A stretch of DNA of 63,246 nucleotides, filler included, from Craspedostauros australis (Eukaryota): NCBI GenBank assembly GCA_030167865.1. It is 5 parts of 5 records of this genome, joined end to end, with 100 filler letters (N's around TTAATTAATTAA, not from the genome) between each part and the next. Parts side by side here need not be neighbours in the genome. Positions count along the whole stretch, not along the records: positions 26,616 to 47,545 come from JALAGF010004935.1; positions 47,646 to 51,279 come from JALAGF010004936.1; positions 51,380 to 56,051 come from JALAGF010004939.1; positions 56,152 to 63,246 come from JALAGF010004941.1; 1 more part is not named here. One strand, written 5' to 3'. Of the stretch, positions 46,506-56,251 are shown in pieces. Position 1 is the stretch's first letter, and each line of letters begins with the position of its first letter. The notes beneath the pieces were generated by a model. It saw only the letters and a list, made by a program, of their open reading frames with translations, was not told where the DNA came from and did not search any database. Position numbers and translations under genes: made by a program.

Positions 46506-47545
46506 ATGCTCTACACCAAGGTAGCCTTCGTGGCTTTTATCGCTCTCGCCAACACGGCAATGGTCCACGCCGTCCTCCGCGGCAACAGAACTCCCGTGGA
46601 TCCATCCGAAGAACTCCGCATGATGATGATGAAGACCCGCGTCCTCAAGGACGCCGTCGGCGACGTGAAAACTATCAAGGGCAACAAGAACAACCGAGTG
46701 CCACCTACAAAAAACCCGGCTGATCCAGAAACGACCGTGCTAACCGCATTGCCCACTGGCTTGCCGACAGGGTTGATTTCGGAGATGCCCTCGATGGCAC
46801 CTGTCGCCCAGCCAACTGCTTTGCCAAAATCTCAACCGACTCTCCTGCCAACATCCAAGCCAAGAGTGCCTCCATCCGGCTTTGATTCCACCATCAAGGT
46901 CATTTGCAAGCCAGATAGTATGACCACCCTCACACAGCAAGAGGCAAGCGCCAAGACCATCATCTGCAATGCAAACAAGCCATCCTGCCGCGAAGCCATC
47001 AGCGCCGTCAAGAAATCCGAGCAACTCCAGAACTTCTTCGCGTGCGCTGGAGACCTCAGCGAAGGAGCCGCACGCAAGCTCTTCAACAAGTACGCGTCAA
47101 ATGACGTGCTCGCTGGCCAGTTGGCATTGGTCGCTGCCACCAACCCGCTCCTCGTCACCAAGCGAGCGGATGCCATGAACGCAGCATGCGCGGCTATCGC
47201 GGCGATGCAATCGCCTGCCGTCACAGACCCATGCTGCCAAGGACCCTTGGGATGCACCTCAGTCACCGGTTCCGCCACCAACTCTCCTCCATTCATAACT
47301 GTCGCTATCACGGCATGCACTGGTGACAGCGCCTGCAAGGATCTGGGTCCCAATCCCCTCATCCTCGATTCTTCCTGCACTGGGGACAGCGCATGTGAGT
47401 TGATGAATGAGAATCAGATCAATCCCTTCATCACAGGCGTCACCTTCGTCGGTGAGATGGCATGTCGAGATGTACATGTGAGTATATGTCGAGATGTACG
47501 TGTATATGTGCATCGTTCACCCGCTATTCTCTCATACGCACTTGG
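46506..47545 (+). CDS. Secreted Pro/Thr-rich and Cys-rich protein (cell-surface/adhesion-like); 3' end missing
   Basis: Signal peptide MLYTKVAFVAFIALANTAMVHA followed by LRG. PT-rich linker. Repeated (A/S)CTGDSAC motifs. The frame runs into the spacer. Confidence 0.75.
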
Positions 47546-47645
47546 NNNNNNNNNNNNNNNNNNNNNNNNNNNNNNNNNNNNNNNNNNNNTTAATTAATTA
47601 ANNNNNNNNNNNNNNNNNNNNNNNNNNNNNNNNNNNNNNNNNNNN
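47546..47645. other. Artificial scaffold spacer
   Basis: N44-TTAATTAATTAA-N44. Confidence 0.97.
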
Positions 47646-47646
47646 C

Positions 47647-50355
47647 ATCCCAATCATCGACGACCTCAAGAAACGGTACACCATGAAGCAATGCGGTGAC
47701 CCAGAGTACTACCTTGGCGGAAACATCGTTGACCTTCCCAAGAACTGGAAGGACAGGGGAGTCAACATCAGACTCTCGGCCCAGACATACATCGGAAACG
47801 TCATCAAACGAGTGGAGCAACTAGTAGGGAAGACAATCCTGAAGGCATCCACTCCCATGGTAGAGGCCTGCCACCCAGAAAGCGACACCTCGGACTTCAC
47901 AAGCACTGAAGACGCCAGGACCTACCAATCGATACTGGGTTGCCTCAACTGGGTCGTGACCCTCGGGAGACTGGACATCCAATACGCCACGACGACGATG
48001 GCACGATTCGCTATGGCACCAAGGGAAGGACACCTCCTGACCATCCAACGCATCATTGGGTACCTCAAAGGCCGAGAAAGGGGAGCCATCCTCTGCGACC
48101 CCAACCCAGTGGACCACACGAACATCGACACTACCCTCTCAAGCCATTGGAGAGAATTCTACCCTACCGCATCAGAGGTCACCCCCGTATCAATACCAAC
48201 ACCAAAAGGGAAACCGGTCCAAATCACGTGTTACGTGGACGCCGACCATGGCCATGACCAGGTCACACGGAAATCCATGACAGGTGTGGTACTATTGATC
48301 AACAACACCATCGTCAAGACCATCTGCAAGCGACAGAACACAGTGGAGACATCCACCTACGGATCCGAATTGGTAGCCGCCAGAATAGCTACCGAGGCGG
48401 TCACAGGTCTGCGCTACATGCTGAGAGACCTCGGAGTCCCCATCGACGGACCCGCAATCATGCTCGGAGACAACAAGGCGGTGGTACTCAACACTACGGT
48501 ACCATCCTCAACATTGAAGAAGAAACACTGCTCATTGGCTTTCCACCAAATCCGGGAATGCATTGCTGCTGGAATCATCGTATTCGCCCACATTGTGTCA
48601 GTTGACAACATCGCCGACATACTAACCAAGCCTCTTTCCAAAACACCATTCCACCACATCACATCGAGAACGATATTCCGGAACTCAATCCATGAGTCCG
48701 GATACCACAGCGAAGCCATTTCACAAGCTATAACGCAGAGCAGGACGATCAGAGCAGAAGATGATCCCGAGCTAATGACCACGGAAACGCAAGAACCACC
48801 ACCACCAAAGGAAGAACACACTATGAGCGTAAACATGGCGAGGTATCAACAGACCTCCATGAAATACAGCCCGACATCGAAAACCCTTCGGCTAACCAGA
48901 ACCCAACGAGAACCGAACCCCCTCGAAACGGCACAAAGGAAACCACCCAGATCCATCAAACGCACCAAGAGCACACCGGCCCCGCCCAACCGCCAACAGA
49001 CGCGAAATTCCAATGTCGTATACGACATGACCGACAACCGTACCACGAATCAGAACCACGAGCCAGCTGGCGCGCCAACCGACAAATTCTTGATCCGGCG
49101 TGGTGACACACCACCATCAGCCCTCACCGACGAATTCAGTACACTCTCGAGTATCAACCCCTCATGTGGAAGCGACGTCCTCTACTACCCAAGAGACATG
49201 CTGGAGACAGGACCCATCATGCCAAGGAACCAATCACACGTCGCCACAGCGACCAAGTTCCGGAAACCGACACCTGGAGCCACCATGCCAGCCATCGAAG
49301 AAGGTAAATGTGAAACTTCCTTCCACACGGGTCTGACACCTCGGGCTTTCGTCACACCTGAGCACGAAACATACAGGTGTGACATGCTGATTGCTGATCT
49401 CCAGGAAGACTTGACACGGAACGCGACCGCATCCGCTCTTGCATTTCGCAGCATGAACATGCCTTCCCCTCAAAAACGGAACCGCCACAATCAGGATCCC
49501 GGACACAACTTCTCCCCGCAACAGACAAGAACACCCACCATGACGTTCCCAAAGTACACCCCGTTCTACCAGGGCATTCATTGTCCCGTCCCCGGATCCA
49601 GGGTGCTATACCCTGCAGGAAAGAAGGGAACCTTCCAAGGAATCGTTGTCGGATACAGTGGGCGCAGAGTCCGAATCTTCTGCACGAAGGGAAACAAGAG
49701 CGCACCACCCGGCCAAATTACCCACGTGGAGAAACAATCCATCTACCCTCTCACCCTCTCCGAATATCTGGATAACAACCTCCAAACCACCGAGGTCCTC
49801 AGCATCGCCATAGCCGATGGCCAGTGCTTCTACCCCGCTCAAGACGGCGCATGGGCCGAACCACCCGACGAGTTCCGCGTGACCATGCGGAAACCATCCA
49901 TATGCCACTTCTTCAAGGTGAGGATGAACCGGATCCCAATCATCCTCGCACGCGCAAGGAAAGCACGAGGGGTCCGAAAACAAAGCGACACCCTTGCCGC
50001 CAACCTCGCACGAGAGAAGAGAGCGCTCGCGGACGAGCCCATTCCCCCCACCGACGACGATGAGATGATCAACGGAATACCATCCCTCGAAGACACCCGT
50101 CCCAGTCTCGAAGAGGGAGAGACACCAGAGAGCAGGTTCCTGGATGAGATCCCTGATGGATACTTCGACAAAAAGATGACCGCAGAAGAAGCCAGCCATC
50201 ATGAATTCGAGGAGTCTCACGATGGAGATCAAGAATCGCAGGACCCAGGAAGCGTGATCGACGTGGAAGCAGAGATCGCAAGTGGAGCGGTAATCAGCCA
50301 CCCCAGACCCCCCTCAGGCGATCATCACGACCATCACCAGCGTCCAAAATCTTGA
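47647..50355 (+). CDS. pol: Copia pol (5'-partial): RT/RNase H to about 48690, plus about 550 extra in-frame codons
   Basis: Single open frame from the gap edge to TGA at 50353-50355. Confidence 0.85.
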   Translation: MPIIDDLKKRYTMKQCGDPEYYLGGNIVDLPKNWKDRGVNIRLSAQTYIGNVIKRVEQLVGKTILKASTPMVEACHPESDTSDFTSTEDARTYQSILGCLNWVVTLGRLDIQYATTTMARFAMAPREGHLLTIQRIIGYLKGRERGAILCDPNPVDHTNIDTTLSSHWREFYPTASEVTPVSIPTPKGKPVQITCYVDADHGHDQVTRKSMTGVVLLINNTIVKTICKRQNTVETSTYGSELVAARIATEAVTGLRYMLRDLGVPIDGPAIMLGDNKAVVLNTTVPSSTLKKKHCSLAFHQIRECIAAGIIVFAHIVSVDNIADILTKPLSKTPFHHITSRTIFRNSIHESGYHSEAISQAITQSRTIRAEDDPELMTTETQEPPPPKEEHTMSVNMARYQQTSMKYSPTSKTLRLTRTQREPNPLETAQRKPPRSIKRTKSTPAPPNRQQTRNSNVVYDMTDNRTTNQNHEPAGAPTDKFLIRRGDTPPSALTDEFSTLSSINPSCGSDVLYYPRDMLETGPIMPRNQSHVATATKFRKPTPGATMPAIEEGKCETSFHTGLTPRAFVTPEHETYRCDMLIADLQEDLTRNATASALAFRSMNMPSPQKRNRHNQDPGHNFSPQQTRTPTMTFPKYTPFYQGIHCPVPGSRVLYPAGKKGTFQGIVVGYSGRRVRIFCTKGNKSAPPGQITHVEKQSIYPLTLSEYLDNNLQTTEVLSIAIADGQCFYPAQDGAWAEPPDEFRVTMRKPSICHFFKVRMNRIPIILARARKARGVRKQSDTLAANLAREKRALADEPIPPTDDDEMINGIPSLEDTRPSLEEGETPESRFLDEIPDGYFDKKMTAEEASHHEFEESHDGDQESQDPGSVIDVEAEIASGAVISHPRPPSGDHHDHHQRPKS

Positions 50356-51242
50356 CAGCCACGCGAGATGGACATGGGTATATCGACAAGGTACGGCCAA
50401 AGCCCGTGATCCCAACCGACCATTCCGTGGACAGCGCGTCCGCCCCAGAGCTCGGTGACAGTGACGATTCTGAGTCCGTCTATCGACCAGAAGGCAAGCC
50501 GACCAAGCAGAGCAACCGCCCCAAGAGAAAGGGGCTCTTCGATGAATCCGAGGACTCAACCATTTCCTTGGGAATGTCGGGAATCGAGATGATCAAACAG
50601 GCCAGATCCGCCAAGAAATCCACAGGTGGAACCATCAACACGAAAATGGCTCCCATCGCGGCCGCGGAGAAACCCACCGAGGCAACAGAACCGGTGCCCC
50701 CCATAACCCAGGATGAACAACCAGAGGTCCCTACACTACCGGAGGAACCAACCGATGATGACGTGCCGGTGGCAACCGCGTACCCGGCACCTATAAACCA
50801 CAACGAGTATGTGGACATCAACACTCGCGAGCCCCACGTCCTGAGTCCCCCCTTACCATCGACACCGGATACGCAAGGGACCAGCAACATGAGAAAGAAG
50901 GCTCGGACGGAGCCTCGACCAGCGATCGCATACCCGTCGCCCCGACGTCTTCGGTCCGGATATGTCATGTCCAGCAACCGAGGACCAACAATGACGCAAC
51001 CATCCTTCTTTCAAATGTCACCCAACCCCACGGCCCAGATCAAGGCCGTCCTCCAAAACGACGAAAGGACACCCCTGGTCATCCAAGCCCTCGCCGATAT
51101 CCTTTTTCGAGGAGGGCTTGACCACATCAACCACGTCCAACAGGTCAGCATCACCTCCTTGTTGAACGAGGCATTGGAACTCATGCGTACCATCCGTCAC
51201 CAAGGCCGTGGCGACAACGTCAACAACGAACGGCCCGAATGA
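50205..51242 (+). CDS. Overlapping -1 frame ORF, probable continuation of the pol extension
   Basis: This frame is stop-free from 50205 to 51242 and overlaps the pol frame by about 150 bp. Same P/T/E-rich composition, with a helical C-terminus. Confidence 0.6.
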   Translation: MRGVSRWRSRIAGPRKRDRRGSRDRKWSGNQPPQTPLRRSSRPSPASKILTATRDGHGYIDKVRPKPVIPTDHSVDSASAPELGDSDDSESVYRPEGKPTKQSNRPKRKGLFDESEDSTISLGMSGIEMIKQARSAKKSTGGTINTKMAPIAAAEKPTEATEPVPPITQDEQPEVPTLPEEPTDDDVPVATAYPAPINHNEYVDINTREPHVLSPPLPSTPDTQGTSNMRKKARTEPRPAIAYPSPRRLRSGYVMSSNRGPTMTQPSFFQMSPNPTAQIKAVLQNDERTPLVIQALADILFRGGLDHINHVQQVSITSLLNEALELMRTIRHQGRGDNVNNERPE

Positions 51243-51279
51243 AGCCCGCTCGCCGCCATCTTGGGCGGCGGAACAAACA

Positions 51280-51379
51280 NNNNNNNNNNNNNNNNNNNNN
51301 NNNNNNNNNNNNNNNNNNNNNNNTTAATTAATTAANNNNNNNNNNNNNNNNNNNNNNNNNNNNNNNNNNNNNNNNNNNN
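51280..51379. other. Artificial scaffold spacer
   Basis: N44-TTAATTAATTAA-N44. Confidence 0.97.
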
Positions 51380-51499
51380 TCGGAACGGAAAAGGTAAGAA
51401 AAGTGAATATTTCTGATTGGTCGACGGGTGTCGCTATTGTTAGAGATTTAGCGTGCGCTAATATATGGCGTCGCTTCATCGACATCACCCGAGAATGCT

Positions 51500-53011
51500 T
51501 GGTGCCCACGACTCATGATCATGACCTGATCGAATCCGTTGGAAGTCTTGGTGGATGGCTGATGGATGGTGCACACGATGATGAGGTTCTTTTCCTTGGC
51601 AACATGCGAGCTTTCTTGCATGATGTTGGCTCGTCAAGGAAGAGCACGGTTGGCTGTTTGACGAGTGCCAAAGCGATGCTAAGACGTCTCTGCTGCCCGC
51701 AGCTGGGACTCACACAACGGGTGTCAGCACAAATGGCGAGGCCTATCTTTTGGATGATTCGATCAACTGTTCTGGGGATGGTATCTGTAAAGAAATCTGC
51801 CTGGTATTAATTCAGAGTCCTTGTTTCACATCGATTGTGCTTATTTTTATTTTGTGTTGTTATCGTTTGTTGTTATCGTTTGTTGTTATCGATGGCTGAT
51901 GATGAGACCAAGATTTCCATCTAGTCGCACAATTTCTCATCTCCCTTTTTGTATTCAAACTTCGCATCCGACGTTCTGCTTGTACACTTCTCTTCATGTG
52001 GTGTGCGACTGGCATGCTGCTGATGTTCATGTCGTGTGCTACTGCCACGGTGCTGATGTTCACGGTTTCATAGTACGTGTCTGTGATTCCCAACACCCTT
52101 CCAGACAGGTGGAGAAGGGCAATGAGTCGATCGTCAATCTCTCTCCCACATGTATTCAGCGATTAGCGCAACGCTATATTTTTGAAACAAGTGGCTCCTG
52201 TCGACCAATCAGAAAAGAGTCCATTTCCCGTTTCTCCGCTGCTGGATGAGAATCTTGATGCGACATGACGCCATGTCCATTTTATGTCGCCCTTCGTGTC
52301 ACATGAATCGTTTTCCCTCAGTTTTCGGACAGCATGGAACCAATTTTCTTACCCATCCTGAATTCAGAGAAGGAGCTTCCATCCAGTTAGGATAGACTCC
52401 GGTCTTGGCCCAATAAATGTGAATGGATCCAGACCTTCTCAACATGGAAGACGACCAATCGTGTGATCGTTCTACTAGCAACATCGTGAGGAGCCACGCC
52501 ACATTCTACAACATGCCATATCGCGGTGTTTGTTTCCTGACTATTGCAAATTTGAAAACTTGCAGTAGCACTTACATTTGTTGTGTTACCTCCGTGTTGG
52601 ATTCCATCTGAATATGCATGAGGCCCGCACGCCCTCCCCCATGCTCACAGTTCCAAGAGCTCAATCTTTGGAGCTCACCCGTTTACTACTCATACGAATA
52701 ACTACATCAGCAAACAATTTCCTCACCAACAACTACCAATTGATCACTCTGCATTTTCGGTGCGGTATCCTACCCGTACTCGATTACGTTCTATCAATGG
52801 TCTTTCCCATGCCAGAAGGCCCCATGATGGCCAAGCCTCGGCTGTGTTTGACTTTGTCACTGGCATTCTTGAGGATGTGCTTCTTCTTGTTGCCAGTTCC
52901 GATGACGAAGTCGATATCGTGGAACTTGAACACAGACGATCCCTTGAGATTGGATGAGGTCTTCGATGCTTTGGTGTCAACCACCCTCTTGCTTCCATCA
53001 GAGGAGGCCAT
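51500..53011 (-). pseudogene. ABCG-family transporter relic in two fragments
   Basis: 52784-53011: FKFHDIDFVIG...KHILKN...LAIMGPSGMGKT (Walker A) then a stop. About 51500-51790: GQQRRLSIALALVKQPTVLFLDEP then a frameshift to NLIIVCTIHQPST. Confidence 0.8.
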
Positions 53012-53221
53012 GTATTAGCACAACGCTTTATTCACCTGATTCGTTTTCTGATTAGTCTGTCCTTGTATGTGCTGAAACGATGCTTTCCTCAGACACATGA
53101 ATTTCGGTATAAGGGACACACTAGGGAACATCAGAGATTCGGTCTGGCCACCACCCGGCAAACATGTGATGTCCAATTCGACCTGATATACTTCCCAACT
53201 AAACCTGAAATGACAACACAC

Positions 53222-53261
53222 NNNNNNNNNNNNNNNNNNNNNNNNNNNNNNNNNNNNNNNN
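53222..53261. other. 40-N assembly gap (no linker)
   Basis: Run of N. Confidence 0.95.
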
Positions 53262-55031
53262 AGAGCCATGGAACGGTGATGAGTGACGTCGACACAGAAG
53301 ACATCATCGCCACATCATGGGTCATCTCCACATCAGAACAAGATCGTAGAGGTGCAATGACTGAGAGCTGACCTTGAAGACAGCAACATGAGATACAACT
53401 CCTTGAAGATAACATAGAATCAGAAGTCACTCAACCCAAACAGTGTCTTCACTCAACAGCTTGTCACCCTCGTCCTGAAAGACTTGATCTCTCTTGAAGG
53501 ACTCGTGTGATTTCGCTGTGTACAATACCGAGATAACACCATGGGAACCTCAACGTCGGCGACTGTCTCTTCATAACTTTCGTTGCTGGGTGTCATGTTT
53601 GTCGGTTGGTACTACGAGCAGTCTGCCTATTGAGAATAGATGTGCACTGTTGTGAATTGTTGTGAATTGAGAATTGATGGTTGGTTTGGTTTGCTTGAGC
53701 TTTGGATTGCATTGTTATGAGCTTATTCGAATGTGGAGTGTTGGCTTCGAACGCCTGGTGCAAAGTCGCTGAAGTTTGCAACGTGCCAATGGTGAGACAT
53801 CCTTGGATCATCCCAGACCAGAGTAAGTACCAATACTTGCAATGCGTGCTGTGACATTGCCATTGGATGACGAGGAGATGGAGAAGACGATGATGAGATG
53901 GGGAAGACAAGTGGAGATGCCTTCTTTCATCCGAGAAACATGAAGACGGTTGATCTCGCGGTCATTCTTGAACAACCAAGAAGGTTGTTCAGCATGGCAG
54001 AACACCACTCTGATTCCGATGCCTACTTGGTGTAGAAGAGGATAGTAGAGTACGATTTATGTGTGTATGGTGGTATGTCACACAAGCAAAACGCGAAGAG
54101 AAGCGCAATCATCCAGGTCGTGGCAATGATGATGGAAGAACTGTTGCCGCCACCACCGCCAAGAACTTGGCATCCAGATATCGCTACTGTTGTCTTGTTT
54201 CCCTCCGACATGTTCGTGGAGGCGAACGGGATTGGAACACGAATCGACGTCACATATTATGTCAATTAATCATCCAATATACCTTTCCGATACCATCAAC
54301 GATACTTCCGAAACTATACGTGGTCGTTTGATGTTTGCATACGGACAACATGTGGACGTTCGTTTAACAACTCATGTCTGTCCGCTTGATCCAGTGTCCG
54401 TATGCGCCTGTCTGTTTATCGTTTGGAATGAACATGTCTGTGTGAAGAGGCATGTTTGTTCAGGTGCATGCGGCTGTTTGCCAGTGGGTTGAGTGTGATG
54501 CAGTCGTGGATAATAGGTCTTGTATGAGGAACATCTTGTCAGATGGTCTGGGTGTGCGGCCGCTGTGGTATCTTGTGATTCGAACTGGGACGCTTCTCTT
54601 GTTGTTGGTTGGGGGCGCATCCGGTTGAGCGTCGTCAACTTCGGTATCAGAGGACCGCCATCACGAATCATTCCAAGATGTTGGGATGCTGAGAGAGCAC
54701 CGCCAGGAGGCACAGTTCCTGCGTGGAAAGCATGAAACATCTACACACAAGATGTGATCTGGCATCTCACATGGGCACTACTACATAGAATAGTACTCGC
54801 AGATGGCGGAGGAGGGTCGAGCAGTACATGGATGTCATCCCGTTGGTGTAGTCACATTGGAATGCAACCAGATGCATTCCTTGTTGATGTGATCACAAAA
54901 TGTGAAGCCAACGAATTGGAAACGAAGAAACAACATCGACACCGAGTGCGTAGGTACAGGATCGCGTATATTTGTACATTCCGTATTCACGCTCTGTGTT
55001 CACACTCCGTGTTTGCGCTCAGCGTTGGCCG

Positions 55032-55994
55032 ATGACTTCTCAAGCCACCACCATTGCGAGGACATGGCACCGATGCGATATCCCTTCCATTTCTTGCCGA
55101 AGGATATCGTTCGTGCTTGCGTTGCTTCTCACATTCACACCAATGGCATTGTCCTTTGCACAGTTGCAACACTCTCTGTTCCTCAAACCGTCCTTGCCCC
55201 CGACATCTTCTGTGGCTCCGTCATACCACTGCCACCATCGTCGCCGCCATGACCATCATCAACAGCAGAAACAGGAGCAGACGCACAAGCAGACGCAGCA
55301 ACAACGCTGGAAGAGTTCCACCACCATACGTGCCAAACAGGATCCAACCATGAAAGATTCGTACCAAACCAGCGTTCAGCAGCACCCCGCGACGCGTTCG
55401 CCATCAAAGGCATCCCCCCGACCCCCGTTCATGGTCGGAGCCACCGTGGCCGATCTCTTCTCGTCGCCACCATCCTTGGCAGTTGTGTACCAAACAATCG
55501 GGACAGCCTACGATGTCTCCAGCGCTGCCGGACTTGTCGCCGGCTCGCTGATGCACATGGGTGGCTTCCGACCGTACCCATCTTTTGCTGCAACGGTGGG
55601 AACCGTCACGCTTGCAACTGGGTTCACCTGCATGATGTTGGCAGAAGCGAAGCTGATCTGGATGATCCAACAGAATCCCGATCCCAACGAAGAACAACGC
55701 GCCAATTCGAGCGGCATTCTCAGCGGGCATTCAGGCAACATTCCATGGACCACCCATGCGCTTCAACAGCGAGCGGAGGAGATCCGGAATGACTTTGACA
55801 TCCGGCTGCTTGATTTGAGTGTTTGGAGCGGGTTGGGTGTGTCAGCACTCACGATGGCCGCGACCAAAGGAGGCCCAACGGCGATGGCATTGTCCCCTGG
55901 TAAATTGGGAGTGTTGCAAGGATTGAGCCTGGGGTCGGGCATTGGTGGCCTTGCAGCGCTCAGTGTGATCGCGGCTTACAAGTTGAAGGCGTAG
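55032..55994 (+). CDS. Hypothetical membrane protein, possibly plastid-targeted
   Basis: Hydrophobic stretch ending ALS-FA, then a Ser/Pro/Arg-rich transit-like segment. About four Gly/Ala-rich hydrophobic helices. Start uncertain. Confidence 0.6.
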   Translation: MTSQATTIARTWHRCDIPSISCRRISFVLALLLTFTPMALSFAQLQHSLFLKPSLPPTSSVAPSYHCHHRRRHDHHQQQKQEQTHKQTQQQRWKSSTTIRAKQDPTMKDSYQTSVQQHPATRSPSKASPRPPFMVGATVADLFSSPPSLAVVYQTIGTAYDVSSAAGLVAGSLMHMGGFRPYPSFAATVGTVTLATGFTCMMLAEAKLIWMIQQNPDPNEEQRANSSGILSGHSGNIPWTTHALQQRAEEIRNDFDIRLLDLSVWSGLGVSALTMAATKGGPTAMALSPGKLGVLQGLSLGSGIGGLAALSVIAAYKLKA

Positions 55995-56051
55995 CAAGTG
56001 GTGGGAGAAGAGCACATGGTGCATGGTGCGAGCACGATCTACCAATAGTCT

Positions 56052-56151
56052 NNNNNNNNNNNNNNNNNNNNNNNNNNNNNNNNNNNNNNNNNNNNTTAAT
56101 TAATTAANNNNNNNNNNNNNNNNNNNNNNNNNNNNNNNNNNNNNNNNNNNN
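56052..56151. other. Artificial scaffold spacer
   Basis: N44-TTAATTAATTAA-N44. Confidence 0.97.
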
Positions 56152-56251
56152 TTCTTCACATCATCTCATAAATCGAACATCGAGAAGAAATAAGAACAAG
56201 ATCATCCACACAATCTCGACCACGACTACTACCACGATAACAACGACCACG

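Larger units (their letters stand above)
47646..51279 (+). mobile_element. Ty1/Copia LTR retrotransposon, internal 3' part (RT C-terminus, RNase H, long extension); LTRs not seen
   Basis: PEYYLG, YQSILGCLNWVVTLGRLDI, YVDADHGHDQVTRKSMTG, KRQNTVETSTYGSELVA, LGDNKAV, LKKKH and NIADILTKPL. Uniform A/C-rich strand bias across the whole piece. Confidence 0.93.
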
